The translations under genes and the position numbers were made by a program. Below are positions 18,701 to 32,589 of a DNA stretch of 64,000 nt, piece after piece; position 1 is the stretch's first letter; each line of letters begins with the position of its first letter. This stretch comes from the human T2T-CHM13v2.0 reference genome, Homo sapiens: NCBI RefSeq assembly GCF_009914755.1, contig NC_060939.1; one strand, 5' to 3'. The notes under the pieces are model-generated. The model worked only from the letters and a program-made list of their open reading frames with translations. It was not told where the DNA came from and did no database searches.

Positions 18701-20193
18701 ACATGCATGTGTTCTGGTTTTATTTCGATAAGCTTCAATCATCAGCAATCAGCCCCTCTCGCACAGTGATTTTTATTTTCCACTGAAAGAGCCCAATGTG
18801 CTGTATTGTGAAGGTGTTAGACACAAAGATGAGAGAAAGCATGAAGTTAGCTTCCTGTCTGGCAGAAAGAAAGGGTGGAGAAATCCAGAATTCGAAGAAG
18901 CAGCCAAAACTCAGCCTCCACCTGTGATAGAGTGCCCTAGGCATTTAGGACTAACTGAGGCTTTGAGGCCAGCAAGGAAGTGGTTTGCACGGAGCAGAGG
19001 TGCCCATTCGATGTCTCAAACCACAGATTCTTGCTACATCTGCTCCAGGCTGTGACTTACATTTTACTCATGGGGTTGGGTTCTGTTTCTGCAAGTCTTG
19101 AACATGCTTCAGTTTTGAGTTGCTAGTCATCACTCTCTGTAACTTGCAAGAGACGCCCCTGAGGTTTCGCTGATTCAAGTAGAGCAGAATATAAACTTAT
19201 TATGAAGCATAAAGCATGAGAGAATCAAACAAGTTCAGAAAATAAATTGCATTTGGAGCTAAGTGAATAATCTTCCCTACTTCTTGGGCAGACTGGAACA
19301 AGGCACTTGTCTGGAATAACAACTGTTGCGTGAGAGTTGGCATTTGATTGCCTGTATTATCCAGAGGGCTGGCATCAGCATGAGGAGGGGTGAGGGGTGT
19401 TTCATCAGTGTAGAGTTGCTGGATTGGCTGGACACTTTCCAGCTCTGATCCATAATTTATACCAAGATGGGAATAGCAAGCAAGACACTGCCCATTTTCA
19501 GGGCTTTTGCTTATGGACACAAACCTATCCCACTAAATCCCTTACAGAGGAGACTTAATGGGGGCTTTTCATAGCTCTGATAGTTAGTTCCAGACTGGCT
19601 GCTGCCTTAAGAAAGAGACAAATGAAAGGTGCTAGAGGCAAGCTCCTATGATGACACATGATCTTTGCATACCCAACCTAAGTAAAAATTACCTTGCCAT
19701 CTACTTCTTCATGTATTGATAGTCTTCTAGCACAGGAAGTTTGTCTGAATGAGTGAAGGGGCCACAAGACTCTGTATTTCTAGAGTGTTAGGAAGCACTC
19801 CTAAGGACTCTGGCTGTCCGGGAATGGGGACAAGAATTAGCATCACTCTCTAGGTTGAAGCATTAGATGGACACACAAAACAATTTAGAAATCCTGGGAG
19901 CATTTGTATTCCCAGTGCCTCTCTCTTTCTTTCCTATGTTTATCTAATAATGTGCACAGAATTACACTAGTACACTTTTTGTAAACTGAGTTGCTATTTG
20001 ATTCTCATGTGATATTTTGTTTACATACACAGATTTACGCAGGAAACAGACAAACCTAGTCACTCATGTTGTGCAAGAATTCAGTGCACTGTCTTGTATT
20101 ACCAGTAGGCTTTTTTATATTAGTTCTAGAAAAGAAAAAAAAAGTAGGAAGGAAAAGAAGGAAGGAAGGAATGAGGTAGAAAGATGCATGCAG

Positions 20194-20685
20194 AATGTGT
20201 ATGTCCATTGCCGCACTATTCACAATAGCAAAGGCATGGAATCAACTCAAATGCCCATGAATGATAGACTGGATAAAGAAAATGTGGTACATATACACCA
20301 TGGAATACTATGCAGCTATTAAAAAGGAATGAGATCATATCCTTTGCAGGGACATGGATGAAGCTGGAAGCCATTATCCTCAGCAAACTAACACAGGAAC
20401 AGAAAACCAAACACCACATGTTCCGACTTATAAGTGGGAGCTGAACAATGAGAGCACATGGACACAGGGAGGGGAAAAACACTTACTGGGGCCTGTCGAG
20501 GGAGGGTGGAGGGTGGGGAGAGCATTAGGGAAAAAGCTGATGCATGCTGGGTTTAATACCTAGGTGATAGGTTGATAAGTGCAGCAAATCACCATGGCAC
20601 ATGTTTACCTGTGTAACAAACCTGCACATCTTGCACATGTACCCTGGAACTTAAAACAAACAAAAAATGCACTTAAAAATAAAAA
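20194..20685 (+). mobile_element. 5'-truncated L1PA (approx. PA10-13) 3' end
   Basis: ORF2 C-terminus and 3'UTR, A-rich tail, 16-bp TSD agaaagatgcatg(c/t)ag at 20178-20193 and 20686-20701. Confidence 0.92.
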
Positions 20686-20714
20686 AGAAAGATGCATGTA
20701 GGGTATTATTTTAA

Positions 20715-21580
20715 TTCATTCATTTACCAAATATTTATCAAGTGTCTGGTATATGCCAGACACTTCTAGTCAGGAGAGATGCGGTGAGTAGGAAGCAAAA
20801 AAGATAAGGTCTTGCCCTTTGAGTTTGCATTCTAGTGAAGGGACACATAAACTGATTAATTGAAATGGTTCTAAAGGAAATGGAAGAAAGAATAGCAAAA
20901 TGGAGGATAAGGGGACATGGGGACATGGGCTCTGAATTATGAGAAAAGGTCAGGAAGTCTCTGTGAAAGGTAACAGTTGGAGGAGAGAGACTTGGAGAAC
21001 TCTTCTTGGCAAAGAAAATAGCAATTGCAAAAGTGCATTTGAAAACAACATGTTTTAAATCCCCGAGACAGGAATGTGCTTGGTGGGTCCTAATCAGGGA
21101 GGTCAGGTGGCTGAATGGGGAGAACAAGGTGGAGAGGCAGAGGTAAGTTCTGAGAGGTGACGAGGGCAGTTTCTGCAGACACTGGTAGCAGTTGTAGGGA
21201 TGCTGGCTTTTTCTTTGAGTGACTTGGCACCATTGGTGGCTTAAGGTAGAAGAGTGATACGGTATGTTTTATTTATTAAAGGAATTACTCTGGCTGTTAT
21301 GAGGGCACTGTGAAGGGATAAAGGTGACCCCCGAAGAATCCTTTGCTCTGATCCAGGAAAGCATAGTGGTAACTTTGAACAGAACCACAAAGGTAGGGGG
21401 GTGGCTGTATTTTGGAACCATTTTGAAGGCAGAACAACAGATTTTGCTATTGGATTGGACAAAGGACGTGCAAGAAAGAAAGTCATCAAGGATGACTCCC
21501 AGGATAAATGGTTTGAATGGGCTGCCCAAACTGGAACCAGGAAAACCGGTGTAGAGACTGTTCTCAGTCATCCACGTAAA
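20715..21580 (-). mobile_element. L2a fragment
   Basis: ttcattcatttaccaaatatttatcaagtg tail; ...aagtcatcaaggatgactcccagg. Confidence 0.8.
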
Positions 21581-22480
21581 GCTAGAGCTTCCTGGACCAT
21601 TGAAAAAGAGTCGTGAGAGTGGATCTCCTTGCTCTGCTCTCAATGCTAGGAGGACAGCACTCAGTCTTTCACCATTATATGTCATGTTAACTGTAGGTTT
21701 GTTGTGGATGATTATTATCAAGTTGAGGATGTAACCCTCTACTAGAGGGTTACAAGTGTTCCTATTTTTCTGAGAATTTTTATCATAAGTGGGTGTTGAA
21801 TTTTGTCAGTGCTTTTTATGCATTAATATGATTGTGTGATTTTTCTTTAGTTTGTTAATATGGTAGATAATACATTGCTTTATGATCCTTCATCCTTGAA
21901 GGAAATTTTCACTAGATACGGAATTCTGGGATGAAAGTCCTTTTCTTTCAGCACTTGAAGAATATTGTGCCACTTCATTTGGCCTCTGGTTTTTGATGAG
22001 AGATACACTACCATTCAGTTTTTTCCCCGATAGGTAAGGTGTTATCCATTTCTTGTTGTCTTCAAGAACTTTTTTCTTTATTTTTCAAAATGTAATTATA
22101 ATATGTCCTGCTCTAGTTTTCTTTGAGCTTATCCTATTTGGTGTTTGCCCAGCTTCTTGAATCTGTAGGTTGTTTATCGCGAAATTTGGCAAGTTTTAAA
22201 CCATTATTTCTTTTAGTTCCCTTTTTGGCTCCACCATCTTTCTCCTCTAATTTGGGGACTCCAATTATATGAATGTTCGATCTTCTATTTTGTCTCACAG
22301 GTCATTGAGATTTCTTCTTTTATTTCAGTGAATTTTTTTCTGTTGTTCAGATTAGGTAATTTTTATTGCTCTATCATCAAGGTAACAGATTCTTCTTTCC
22401 CTCCATTCTGCTGTTTAGCCTATTTGTTAATTATTTTTTATTATAGTAATTGTATTTTTCAGTTCTAAAGTTTTTATTTC

Positions 22481-22781
<301 letters not shown>

Positions 22782-23060
22782 TCATCCTTCCTTATATATT
22801 CTACTTGTTTGCCAAGGACCTTTTTAATTTTCATTTCTTCTGAAGCATTTTTATGATAACTGCTTAAAATCTTTGTCAGCTAATTCTGACATCTCTGTCT
22901 TCTCAGTGTTAGCTTCTATTGATTGCTCTCTTTCAGGACAATTTTCCTGTTTTTTATTTTTATTTTTGTGTGATGAGTGATTTTTTGACGGAAACCTGTA
23001 TATTTTGAGCTATGATATTATGAGACTTTGGATCTTATTTAAGCCTTCTGTTTTAGCTAG

Positions 23061-23505
23061 TGTAGTGAGTTGAATATTGCCTCCACTGCCCCCCCCCATT
23101 CATGTCTATTCAGAAGCTCAGAATATGATCTTATTTGAAAATAGGGGCTTTGCAGATGAAATTAATTAAGGGTCTTGAGATGAAGTCATCCTAGGTTTAG
23201 TGTGGGCCTTAAATCCATGACTTGTGTCCTTGAACATGGAGGAGAGGATACAAAAAGACACAGGGAAGGACATGTGAATGCAGAGCCCAAGATTAGGGCT
23301 ATGCTGTCACAAGCCAAAGATCATCTGGAGGCTCCAGAAGCTGGAAGAGGTGAGGAAAAATTTCCTCTAGCAACTTCAGAATGGGTGTGGCCCTGAAAGC
23401 ACGTTGATTTCGATTTCTGGCCTCCAGAAGTGTGACTGAATAACTTAATGTTGAGGTAAGCCAACTAATTGGTGGTAATTTGTTATGGTAGTCCTAGGAA
23501 ACAAA
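23061..23505 (+). mobile_element. MLT1C-like MaLR solo LTR
   Basis: tgtagtgagttgaat...gggctttgcagatg...ctggcctccagaa...ttgttatggtagtcctaggaaac. Confidence 0.85.
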
Positions 23506-25419
23506 GTGGCTTCCTCTATACCTATCTGGTAGAGGAAGGGTGGGGATGCCACGGTTACTGCCAGAATTGCGTATCCAGGTTTTCCACTAATCCTCTGATG
23601 ATCCCCAAAGGAGGTGGCCTCTACCTTGCTTCTGGTTGGGGGTGAGGATTCTGGCTGCACACTAAGCCTGCATTGGTACCACTCTGACTGGGAGGGCAAG
23701 GTGCAGACCACTACTCCTCACGTGGTGTCTTCTGACACCTCATTATTACTGGTAGGTGGTGAAAGTCCCTACTCTCACTAGGGCTCCTCTGATACCACCC
23801 CAGTGGGGAGCAGGGCTAGGCTTCTCATTACTGCTGGGGTAGGACGTGGGAGTCCAGGCTTCTCACATGCAAAGTCCAGGTCTCCCCCTGACACTGCAGG
23901 TTCCCTACCTGGCCTTTTCTGACACACCTGTGTGCTGGGAAGTGGCCCACTTAGGGTGCCTCATTGGGACCTGTCCAGAGTGGAAGTCTAGTCTCCCTGG
24001 GTTTTTTGTGTGGTGTTTGGCTGGAATGTTATTATGTAAAAATTTTCTGACTTGCTAGGCTGCCCTTTTCCTGACTAGACAGAGCAGGCTTTTATGGGGG
24101 CCTTTTTGTTTGTGACAATTGGCATTTCTGGGTTGCTGACTTGTTCAGCTCCAAGTTTAGGATGTAGGAGGCAAAACAAGAACAACAACCAACCTACCCT
24201 GAGGTCATTCTTGGGTCCTGAGTTTCTGAGCTGGTCCACCTTCTTCTCTTCACTTTTCAGATACTTTTTATATTTGTGTTCTATGTAATGACCAGGGATT
24301 TTAGCTGTACTTAGTGGGAGGACTCAGGAAGGGTACATCTACTATATATTCCCAGAAATGGCAGTCCTCAGGTGCCTTTTAAAGATTCCTCATGTCTTCA
24401 TTCTTGCCAGATTGTAGAACTTATCATTTCATGCCCTTTCCTCATGTGTATCATTCTCGGGCACTACAAAGATCTAGGCAATCCTGTTAGATTAGAAATG
24501 TAACTATGAGCTAGAGACCAATCGAGTTGCCCAAACTCAGGAGGGCCCCGAACCTTGATGAGATTTTGGTCAGAAATGTCCTTTGTCCTTCCTTGTTACT
24601 TGTGAGTAGGCCACTTGAGTCATTGCTTTAAGGAGGAAGGAACATTAATAGTAACATTTTTTTTTAAGACCACCTTCATTTTAGAATTTACTGTAAAATT
24701 TATCAAAAAAGGCTAGTCCTTCCAGAGTGAATAAGATATTATTCAGGTTATATGAATATTTCGTGAACCCAGATGTTAAAATAAGTAATTACTTTCTGAA
24801 ATACTGGTTTGTGAAAAGCAGTGGGCTAGTGTTCTCCTCCCCCAGGGTTTTCTCATGCTAATCAAGGCTACTTTCTGAAGATGAACGCTTTCTCAATTTT
24901 GTTTTCTGCTCTGTATGTTTCTCCGCTTGTTATCTAACATCCTTTTTTTACTGCTACTTCTCTGCCTGCCCAGTACTCAATGTGTTCATGAGCACTGTCT
25001 AAGCTTTTTACAGGATGAACATTTGGGAGATAGCCAAATTCTGGTCTTCCCTATATAATTTGGTCATGAACTCAATTATGTTCCTTGACTTGTATATGTT
25101 GGACTAGCTTTTCTCAGAAATATTGTACACTGTGTGAGACCCAAGGCTATATTTCCTACTTCTTTCTTATCTTTTGGGATGATGAAGAAAATGCTGGCCT
25201 AATAACTGATGGTGAAATGAATTAATGAAGGAGGTAAAGAGAATCTGGCTTAGAGGATAGTAATAAAGATTAAATATTTTTTTTATTAGATTATATTATT
25301 CACCCATTCATCCATCCAACAAACTCTCATGTGGATGCCTGCTGTTTATTAGGTACCTTACTAAGCATTGTACAGATTTCAAAAATTAAAAGAAACAGAG
25401 GGACAGGATGATGAATACC

Positions 25420-25590
25420 TTGGACTTCAGGGTCAGAAAGACCTGACTTTAGATCTCCGATCTGCCCCATACTAACTGTGTCGCTGTGAAATGAAGCTTC
25501 TCGGAGCTTTGATTTCCTCCTCTGTATGTTTGTTATGATGATTAAATGAAATAACAAACATATAGAATACCTGATGTAAGTAGGTACTAG
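25420..25590 (+). mobile_element. MIR within L2 remnant
   Basis: cagggtcagaaagacctg...tttcctcctctgta...gattaaatgaaataa. Confidence 0.6.
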
Positions 25591-25886
25591 ATTTATGTTG
25601 ATTATTAAGAAAATATGTTTTTCTGCCTTAAAGGAGCTTATAGTATAGTAGAGAAGGAAGAATATGTTCAAAGTAATTAGAACATTTTTAGATTTTCCTA
25701 TGAGAGCAGCATTTTGTAAATTCAAAGGAGAAAGCTCACATCAAACTGGCAATGGGTTGTATAAGTTAAATGTAGTTGTATTGCTGCACACCATTCAGAT
25801 TGGCATATACAGATGAATGATCTTCACTAACTTAGACATAGTCTTGGGGGTCAAGGATAAAGGTGGGTTTTTACATTTTTCTTGAT

Positions 25887-26290
25887 GTGCTGGACATTTT
25901 CATGTTACCCACCTCCCCAGTATCCCATATCTATTCTCTAGCCCTGGAGAGTGATTTTATGAATTGAGAGGCTAATCTTTATGACCTGCATCTTTGCTGG
26001 AATGGCTTTGATTGGGTTTGGCCAATGGAAGATAATACAAAAGATTAGATAAAGGGAGGAAGAGTGACAGCATGGTTTTTATTCTCCCAGCTTCCTCCTT
26101 GGCTCTTAAGAGTCCAGCTTTTGGTGGGGTCCCCTGCATCCCATTGTCGTTTCTAAGTACCTGTAATGGCTCCCTCCCCTTGTGTCTTGAGGCTAGGGGT
26201 CTTCCAGCTAGCCCCAGGATCCTGTACTATCCTTGCTGATTTCTCCAGTTTCATGTGCTGTTTCCTGCCAATGCTTGAAATGATGCCCCA
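25887..26290 (+). mobile_element. LTR33-like ERVL solo LTR
   Basis: ttgggtttggccaatgg, tttattctcccagcttcctcc, tgctgtttcctgcc. Confidence 0.7.
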
Positions 26291-27309
26291 GTCGGGTTGG
26301 AAATTATTCTTGCTTCTGCATCTCCTCACAGGGAAGATGCCTCATGGTAGAGTGGATTCAATCCAAATAGCATTGAAATCATGTTTGTGCTCAGAAAACA
26401 TGGATTAAAGGGGCCGTGATAGATTTTCATGGAAGAACAAATATTGGGAGAGGAGGGGAAGGCTTGGGAAATTTTTCTTCTTAAATGAATTCACTGGGGA
26501 AATTTGTACCAACTTTTCCAGTGCCTGTGGGTTCTCAAGTTTCTTCCCTTTTAGAGAAATTCATCTCTTTCTCTAGAATGTGACCAGCAGGTCCTGCTGT
26601 TGCCGCTGCTCGCAGGGCTTTTAATCACCTGTATGAACGTCTGATAGGGCTATGAAATATGGCCCCTGAAGGCCTCTGAGCTGCCTTTCCCCTTCCTCAA
26701 ATGGTGAATAATCATTGAATCACTCCACAGTTTCTGATATGAAGCTCAAATCAAGCCATGAAAAAACCTATATTTCACAAGGTAGCATATTTTTGTTTCC
26801 TGGCAGTAAATTTCCCTCACTCTCCCTGTGCTGTGGGACACATTTGGAAAGGTCAGTTTGGCACTGTGTAAATTAACTGGAGGGCCATTTGAGTTGAATG
26901 AAATCTATTGTAAATGTGTATTGATGGGCATAGCATGGGCTGGAGGGGCATGGCTCTTGTACCAGGGTGATTTGGACAAAAAAGCAGAATTGTACCACGG
27001 GCCTTAGAACCACTGTTATTGTCACACTGAGTGATCACTGGAATAGTGTGATGAGACAATGAATGGCAGCAGCGTTCTTTTCCAAAGCTTCCTTTGGGAG
27101 GTGAGTATTGAAGTTCTGCCAAGCACGAAGCCAATAGCTTGGTGTCATGAGGTCTTATCCCCTCAAGTCTGAGCAGTGCTATGCATTGCCAAGATCCAGA
27201 GGACACCATTCCCATCAACATCTATGTGAATGGAGCCCCCTAGAGTTGTGCAGTGTACTGGCTGTGCAGCCATGTAGGATAGCCTTGAGTTCACAACACC
27301 ACAGCTTTA

Positions 27310-27567
27310 GGAGGAGGCAGCATAGTCCAGGAGTTAAGAGTGAGGGCTCTGAGGTTGATGGTCCTGGGTTGGATCACAGGTCTTCTGCTTGTTAGCTGTA
27401 TGACCTAGAGCACATCATTCAAATTTTCTGAGCATCTCTGGGTATGCATTTTAAAAGTAGTGATAGTAATAACACCTCCATATGTGATTTTGATTATAAA
27501 ATCAGATAATGCAAATAAGGCACCTTGCTCAGCATGATAAGCAGTTTCACAATGTTAACTATTAATG
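27310..27567 (+). mobile_element. MIR (near full length)
   Basis: ggcagcatagt...gttaagag...tagctgtatgaccta...aatgttaactatta. Confidence 0.8.
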
Positions 27568-28139
27568 TTCTTATTACCTAAAATGTAGGCTCTTTCTGGA
27601 GCCCCAGAACCCATTGTTGTCAGAAATGATAATAATTAATGGAAAAACATGGACGGGAACTTGATTTGCCATGCCCTGTTCAGAGCCCTTTGTTTGTACT
27701 TGACTCCTTTCCTTTTCAGAGTCATATAATGTCATCAGTGAACAGAGGAACATAATTTTCCTGCAATTAATTATTTAATCAATCTATTCATTTGTTTAAA
27801 GCATATTAATTGAGCACCTCTTCTTTTTCAGGCACCGTTTTAGACTCTGGGGAGCAGCAGGGAACAAAGAAGACAATAAACAAATCATGTCAAAAGTTCT
27901 TTACACTTCCTCTACTGGTCTGCTTGAGCTTTATATTAACCATCTTATTTTACCTGCAGGAAACATGCGTTTAGGAGAGAGAGAGAACATTTAGACAAGA
28001 CTTTTTTTTTTTAATGGAAAGTAAAGCTATAACTATTATTCAAATGCCTTGGCTCTGTGCTCTTTATCAGGAGACTCTGCTGCTGCTAAGTCATCCCCCT
28101 GGTGTTTAACCTCCCACAGTTTGTGGCACCAATAGTGCA

Positions 28140-28410
28140 TCAGCGAGCAACATTAATTATGCACCTACTATGTTCCAGGCACTGTGCTAGGCACAAAGAA
28201 TACTGTCGTGAACACAACAGAAATTTATTTTCGTATGAACATAGACATTAAAGAAAGTTTGAAAGTAATTACTTAACTAATAGTAAATGTTCAAAGAAGT
28301 ACCTCTAACTGTAAGGAAGCAGTCAAGGGAGGCTTTTCTGTGGAAGTGACATTTACACTGAGACTTGAAGGATGACCAGGAGTTGCAGGGGAAAGGCAGG
28401 TATAGGGAGA
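28140..28410 (-). mobile_element. L2 fragment
   Basis: gcacctactatgttccaggcactgtgctaggc. Confidence 0.7.
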
Positions 28411-28770
28411 GCAGCTTCTGAAATCTCTAACTTTTTCTAAAAGTTGAAGATGTTGGGCCATTTTTCTAGTAAGTTTTTTCCCAATTGAGGGCTTGACAAT
28501 TGATTGGTCAATAAATATTTGTTAAGTGACAGAATGAATAGATGGATAGATCATCCATCTTCAGTGAGTGAATGCATGAATACATAAAATCTTGCATTAG
28601 GAAAAATCCTGAAGATTCTCTGGATCAGGGTCATTGGCATTTTAATAGGTTGAAGAGAGAGAGTTATTTACCATCCTTACTCCTTGGCCTTCTTCTTGCT
28701 GATTTTTGGCTGCTATAATTTCTTTCATCAATTCTCTCTTTTCTTTTGACTAGACATACACAGCTCTTCC

Positions 28771-29064
<294 letters not shown>

Positions 29065-29102
29065 CATAGCTCCTCCTTTTAAAAAGTACTTAGTTGATAT
29101 AG

Positions 29103-29431
<329 letters not shown>

Positions 29432-31280
29432 AAGCTCATTCTTTATGGTCAAGTGAAAGCTCATTCTTTATGGTCAAGTGAATAGCAGCACTGCTGACCT
29501 GGAAATCTTACACATTGAAGAGGAGGAATCAGGAACTTCTGAAAAATGGACCTTTTGTAATTAGTCATAGCTTAACATCCACAGGAAGAAGCTTGTGCTT
29601 GTATACCTCTGTTGGAAGCTTTGAGAATCCATGCCCACAATGTGCCATACAGCAAGACTCTGCCTTTGGGTCCAAGCACTGGCTGTTTTGTGTTGATCTG
29701 TTGTAGGTCAACTTGGAAGGCTATGAAAAATTACCCCATCTGATGCTTCGTTTACACAATATGGATCCTGGTGGAGCTTTGAGGGCTTTATTAATAATAG
29801 CATCTGACGGTTTATTGAATATGTGGTGCCCAATTACTGGATTTGACAGTAAAAGGTATATATTAATGACTTGTTAGGGCTGACCTGGATGGTAATTGAT
29901 TACTAATGAGGCAGACTTGCTTTCATCTAGGCAAAGTAAGATTTTGTAACTCTTTTAGCTAGCCCTGCATGAATGCCTTAGGAGAAGTGATCTACTAAAT
30001 GGATGATAAATATTTCATGAAGAGCATTTTACAACACCCATCTTACTAACTTTTTAAAGGATAACTAGATGGTTACTAGAAAGTCCCAGGTGGCAATTGT
30101 CTTTGGTGTTCAAAATTCATGATGTGCAGGATTGGCCCAAAGTAATTATAGTCATTGCTAGATTTATCTTGCTACCTGTAACAACAGGGTTACGTCCTAG
30201 TAGACTGAGCATGTTTTCCTGCAATGGGTGAGTCATTGGCAAGCTTTGTTTTGGGTTCACAGAGACAAAGCCTATTTTATGCAAGCATTTCAAATGTCGC
30301 AAGAAATGAACTTTTTCTAGCCACAGCTATAATTGCTCACTGATACAGAGGTGAAATATTTTCCTTTCTTTTTGGTTCTGAATTAAGTAAATATATGCCT
30401 TCCTGAAGATGTTGCATGTATATTTTCTATAAAATGCTCTGAATATGTTTTACAAATTTCAGTTTTCCATCTGACCCTTTTCCTCTTTATATTAATGAAT
30501 TTCACCTAATTGAATGAAATGCCACAACTGACAAGAGTTCATTCTGAATTTGAGCTTCATATCCCCAAGAAGACATTTTCTTAGTAACACTTAGCAAAAT
30601 GATATCTATCAAATCACTGGTGCAGTTAGAATTTAATTTGCTCTATCAGCTGCCATTGTCATGCTACTTAACCTTAAAAAATGTAATTTTCCTCAAGACT
30701 TCATAATTCCTTTTACATTTCTTCTTCTTTTTTTCTCATTGCTTTAATTTAATAAACTATTGAATGAGAAAAGGCTGGGTAAGAGCCATTCTTCACAAGG
30801 TGACAGGGAAGGAGTGAATCTGTTGTGTCCCCATGCGTTTCCAATTCACCCCTACTTCTCTTTCACCTCCCAGCTGGAATCTGATGCTTTCCATGCTGGC
30901 TTTCCTCCTGTTGCTAGTCCACAGCATCTTCTTAAGGAAGGGGAAAGGAACTTGCCGAGAAGTGGGAGAGAAAAGAAGAGGCAGCAAGAATAAGAAAATA
31001 AAAGGAGGAAATAAAAAACAGAAGAAATAAATAGCAACAAAGGGGAAAGAAAAATGAAAGGGAGAAGCAAATTGTGAAAAGTCAAAGAAACCAGCCCCGC
31101 CTTGACCCCTACCTACTGTGTTTTCACCTTAGTGAATATGCAGCTCACAAAAATATCTCCCTCTTCTGAGCTCTGCAGGGCACTGCTTCGCAATTACTGG
31201 TGATTTTTCCTCCAGGAGACTTTTGGCAATGTCTGGAGACACTTTTGATGATCACCACTGGTGGTAAGAATAGGGAGGAG

Positions 31281-31579
31281 GGCCAGGCGCCGTGGCTTAC
31301 GCCTGTAATTCCAGCACTTTGGGAGGCTGAGGCGGGCGGATCATGAGGTCAGGAGTTTGAGACCAGCTTAACCAACATGGTGAAACCCTGTCTCTACTAA
31401 AAATGTAACAATTAGCTGGGTATGATGGTGCACACCAGTAATCCCAGCTACTCAGGAGGCTGAGGCAGGAGACTCACTTGAACCTGGGAGGCAGAGATTG
31501 CAGAGAGCTGAGATTGAGCCACTGCACTTCAGCCTGGGTGACAGAGCGCGACTGTCTCAAAAGAAAAAAAAAAAAAAAA
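31281..31579 (+). mobile_element. AluS (Sg-like)
   Basis: Full dimer with A tail. Confidence 0.95.
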
Positions 31580-31615
31580 GCAGAGAGGAGGATGCTGCAG
31601 TGGGTTAAGGCCAGG

Positions 31616-32067
31616 TATCTTGAGTTGAATAGTGCCCCTCCCACCCAAATTCATGTCCATTCAGAAAACTATGAATGTGATCATGTTGAGGAAGAGGTCT
31701 CTGTAGATGTAATCAAGATAAGATGAGGTTATACTGGATCAGGGTGGGCCCAAATCCAAAGACTGTTGTCCTTTTAAGACAAGGAAACTTTGGACATGGA
31801 GACACAGACATAGAGAAAAGATGGCAATGTGAAGACAGATACAGAGATTGGGATTGGGCTGCTACAAGCCAAAGCATGCCAAAGGTTGCCAAGAACCACC
31901 AAAGACTAAAAGAAACAAGAAAGTATTCTTCCTTAGAGACTTTGGAGGAAATATGGCCTGGTAACATCTTGATTTTGGACTTCTAGCCTCCACAACTCTG
32001 AGAATATAAAGCCATTGTTTTAAGCCACTTGATTCATGTGGAAACAAATACCTAGGAAATTAATACG
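31616..32067 (+). mobile_element. MLT1C-like MaLR solo LTR
   Basis: gagttgaatagtgcccc...gggtgggcccaaatccaa...ggacttctagcctcc...ctaggaaattaatac. Confidence 0.85.
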
Positions 32068-32229
32068 CTGGGAATGGTGCTAGACAGTCTACAATGCACA
32101 AGACAACCACCTATAACAAGGAATTATATGATCCATAACATTAAGAATGATGAGATTAAAAAACCCTGCTATAGATCTTAAGTCTATAGGTCTCCTCAAT
32201 ATTTTATTATGTATGCTTTGAGGTGTTTC

Positions 32230-32408
32230 TATGTTTGCAATTTCTCACCTGATTCCTATACGTTATTTAAGTTTTTGGGACTTTGTGTGTTGGTATGTCA
32301 AGTAATTTGTTAACTCTTGAAAGGCATGTGTTTGCCTCTTTGATTCCTTTAATGTTAATTGATATGTACATAGTAGGAACTCAATAAATGCTTCCTAAAT
32401 AAATGAAC
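32230..32408 (+). mobile_element. Degraded L2 3' end
   Basis: acatagtaggaactcaataaatgcttcctaaataaatgaac terminus. Confidence 0.6.
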
Positions 32409-32589
32409 AAAAACTGTTAGCACACAAGCCAGTTGCAATGAACCTGTCTTTACTTCTGTCAGTAGAGCATATTCTGAGGTCTTGAGGTTGTACTTTTCCA
32501 AGTTGTGATTGATGTTCCTTAAGTTTCAGATGTCTGTGTAAATCCTGTCAACTCAGCAAAGAAGTTCTGAAGTGAAAAAGACATAGAAG

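Larger units (their letters stand above)
31181..32168 (+). mobile_element. MER20 (hAT-Charlie) split by an Alu and an MLT1C
   Basis: ttggcaatgtctggagaca (5' part), gtgggttaaggccagg (middle), ctacaatgcacaagaca...aaaccctg (3' part). Confidence 0.8.

Noticed and set aside
20194-20685. L1PA 3' end as the missing tail of the 11263-17650 L1
   Set aside because: It has its own 16-bp TSD and looks like a younger subfamily, so it is an independent insertion.
28540-28560. 8-bp hairpin agatggat-agatc-atccatct
   Set aside because: Several 8-bp inverted repeats are expected by chance in 64 kb.
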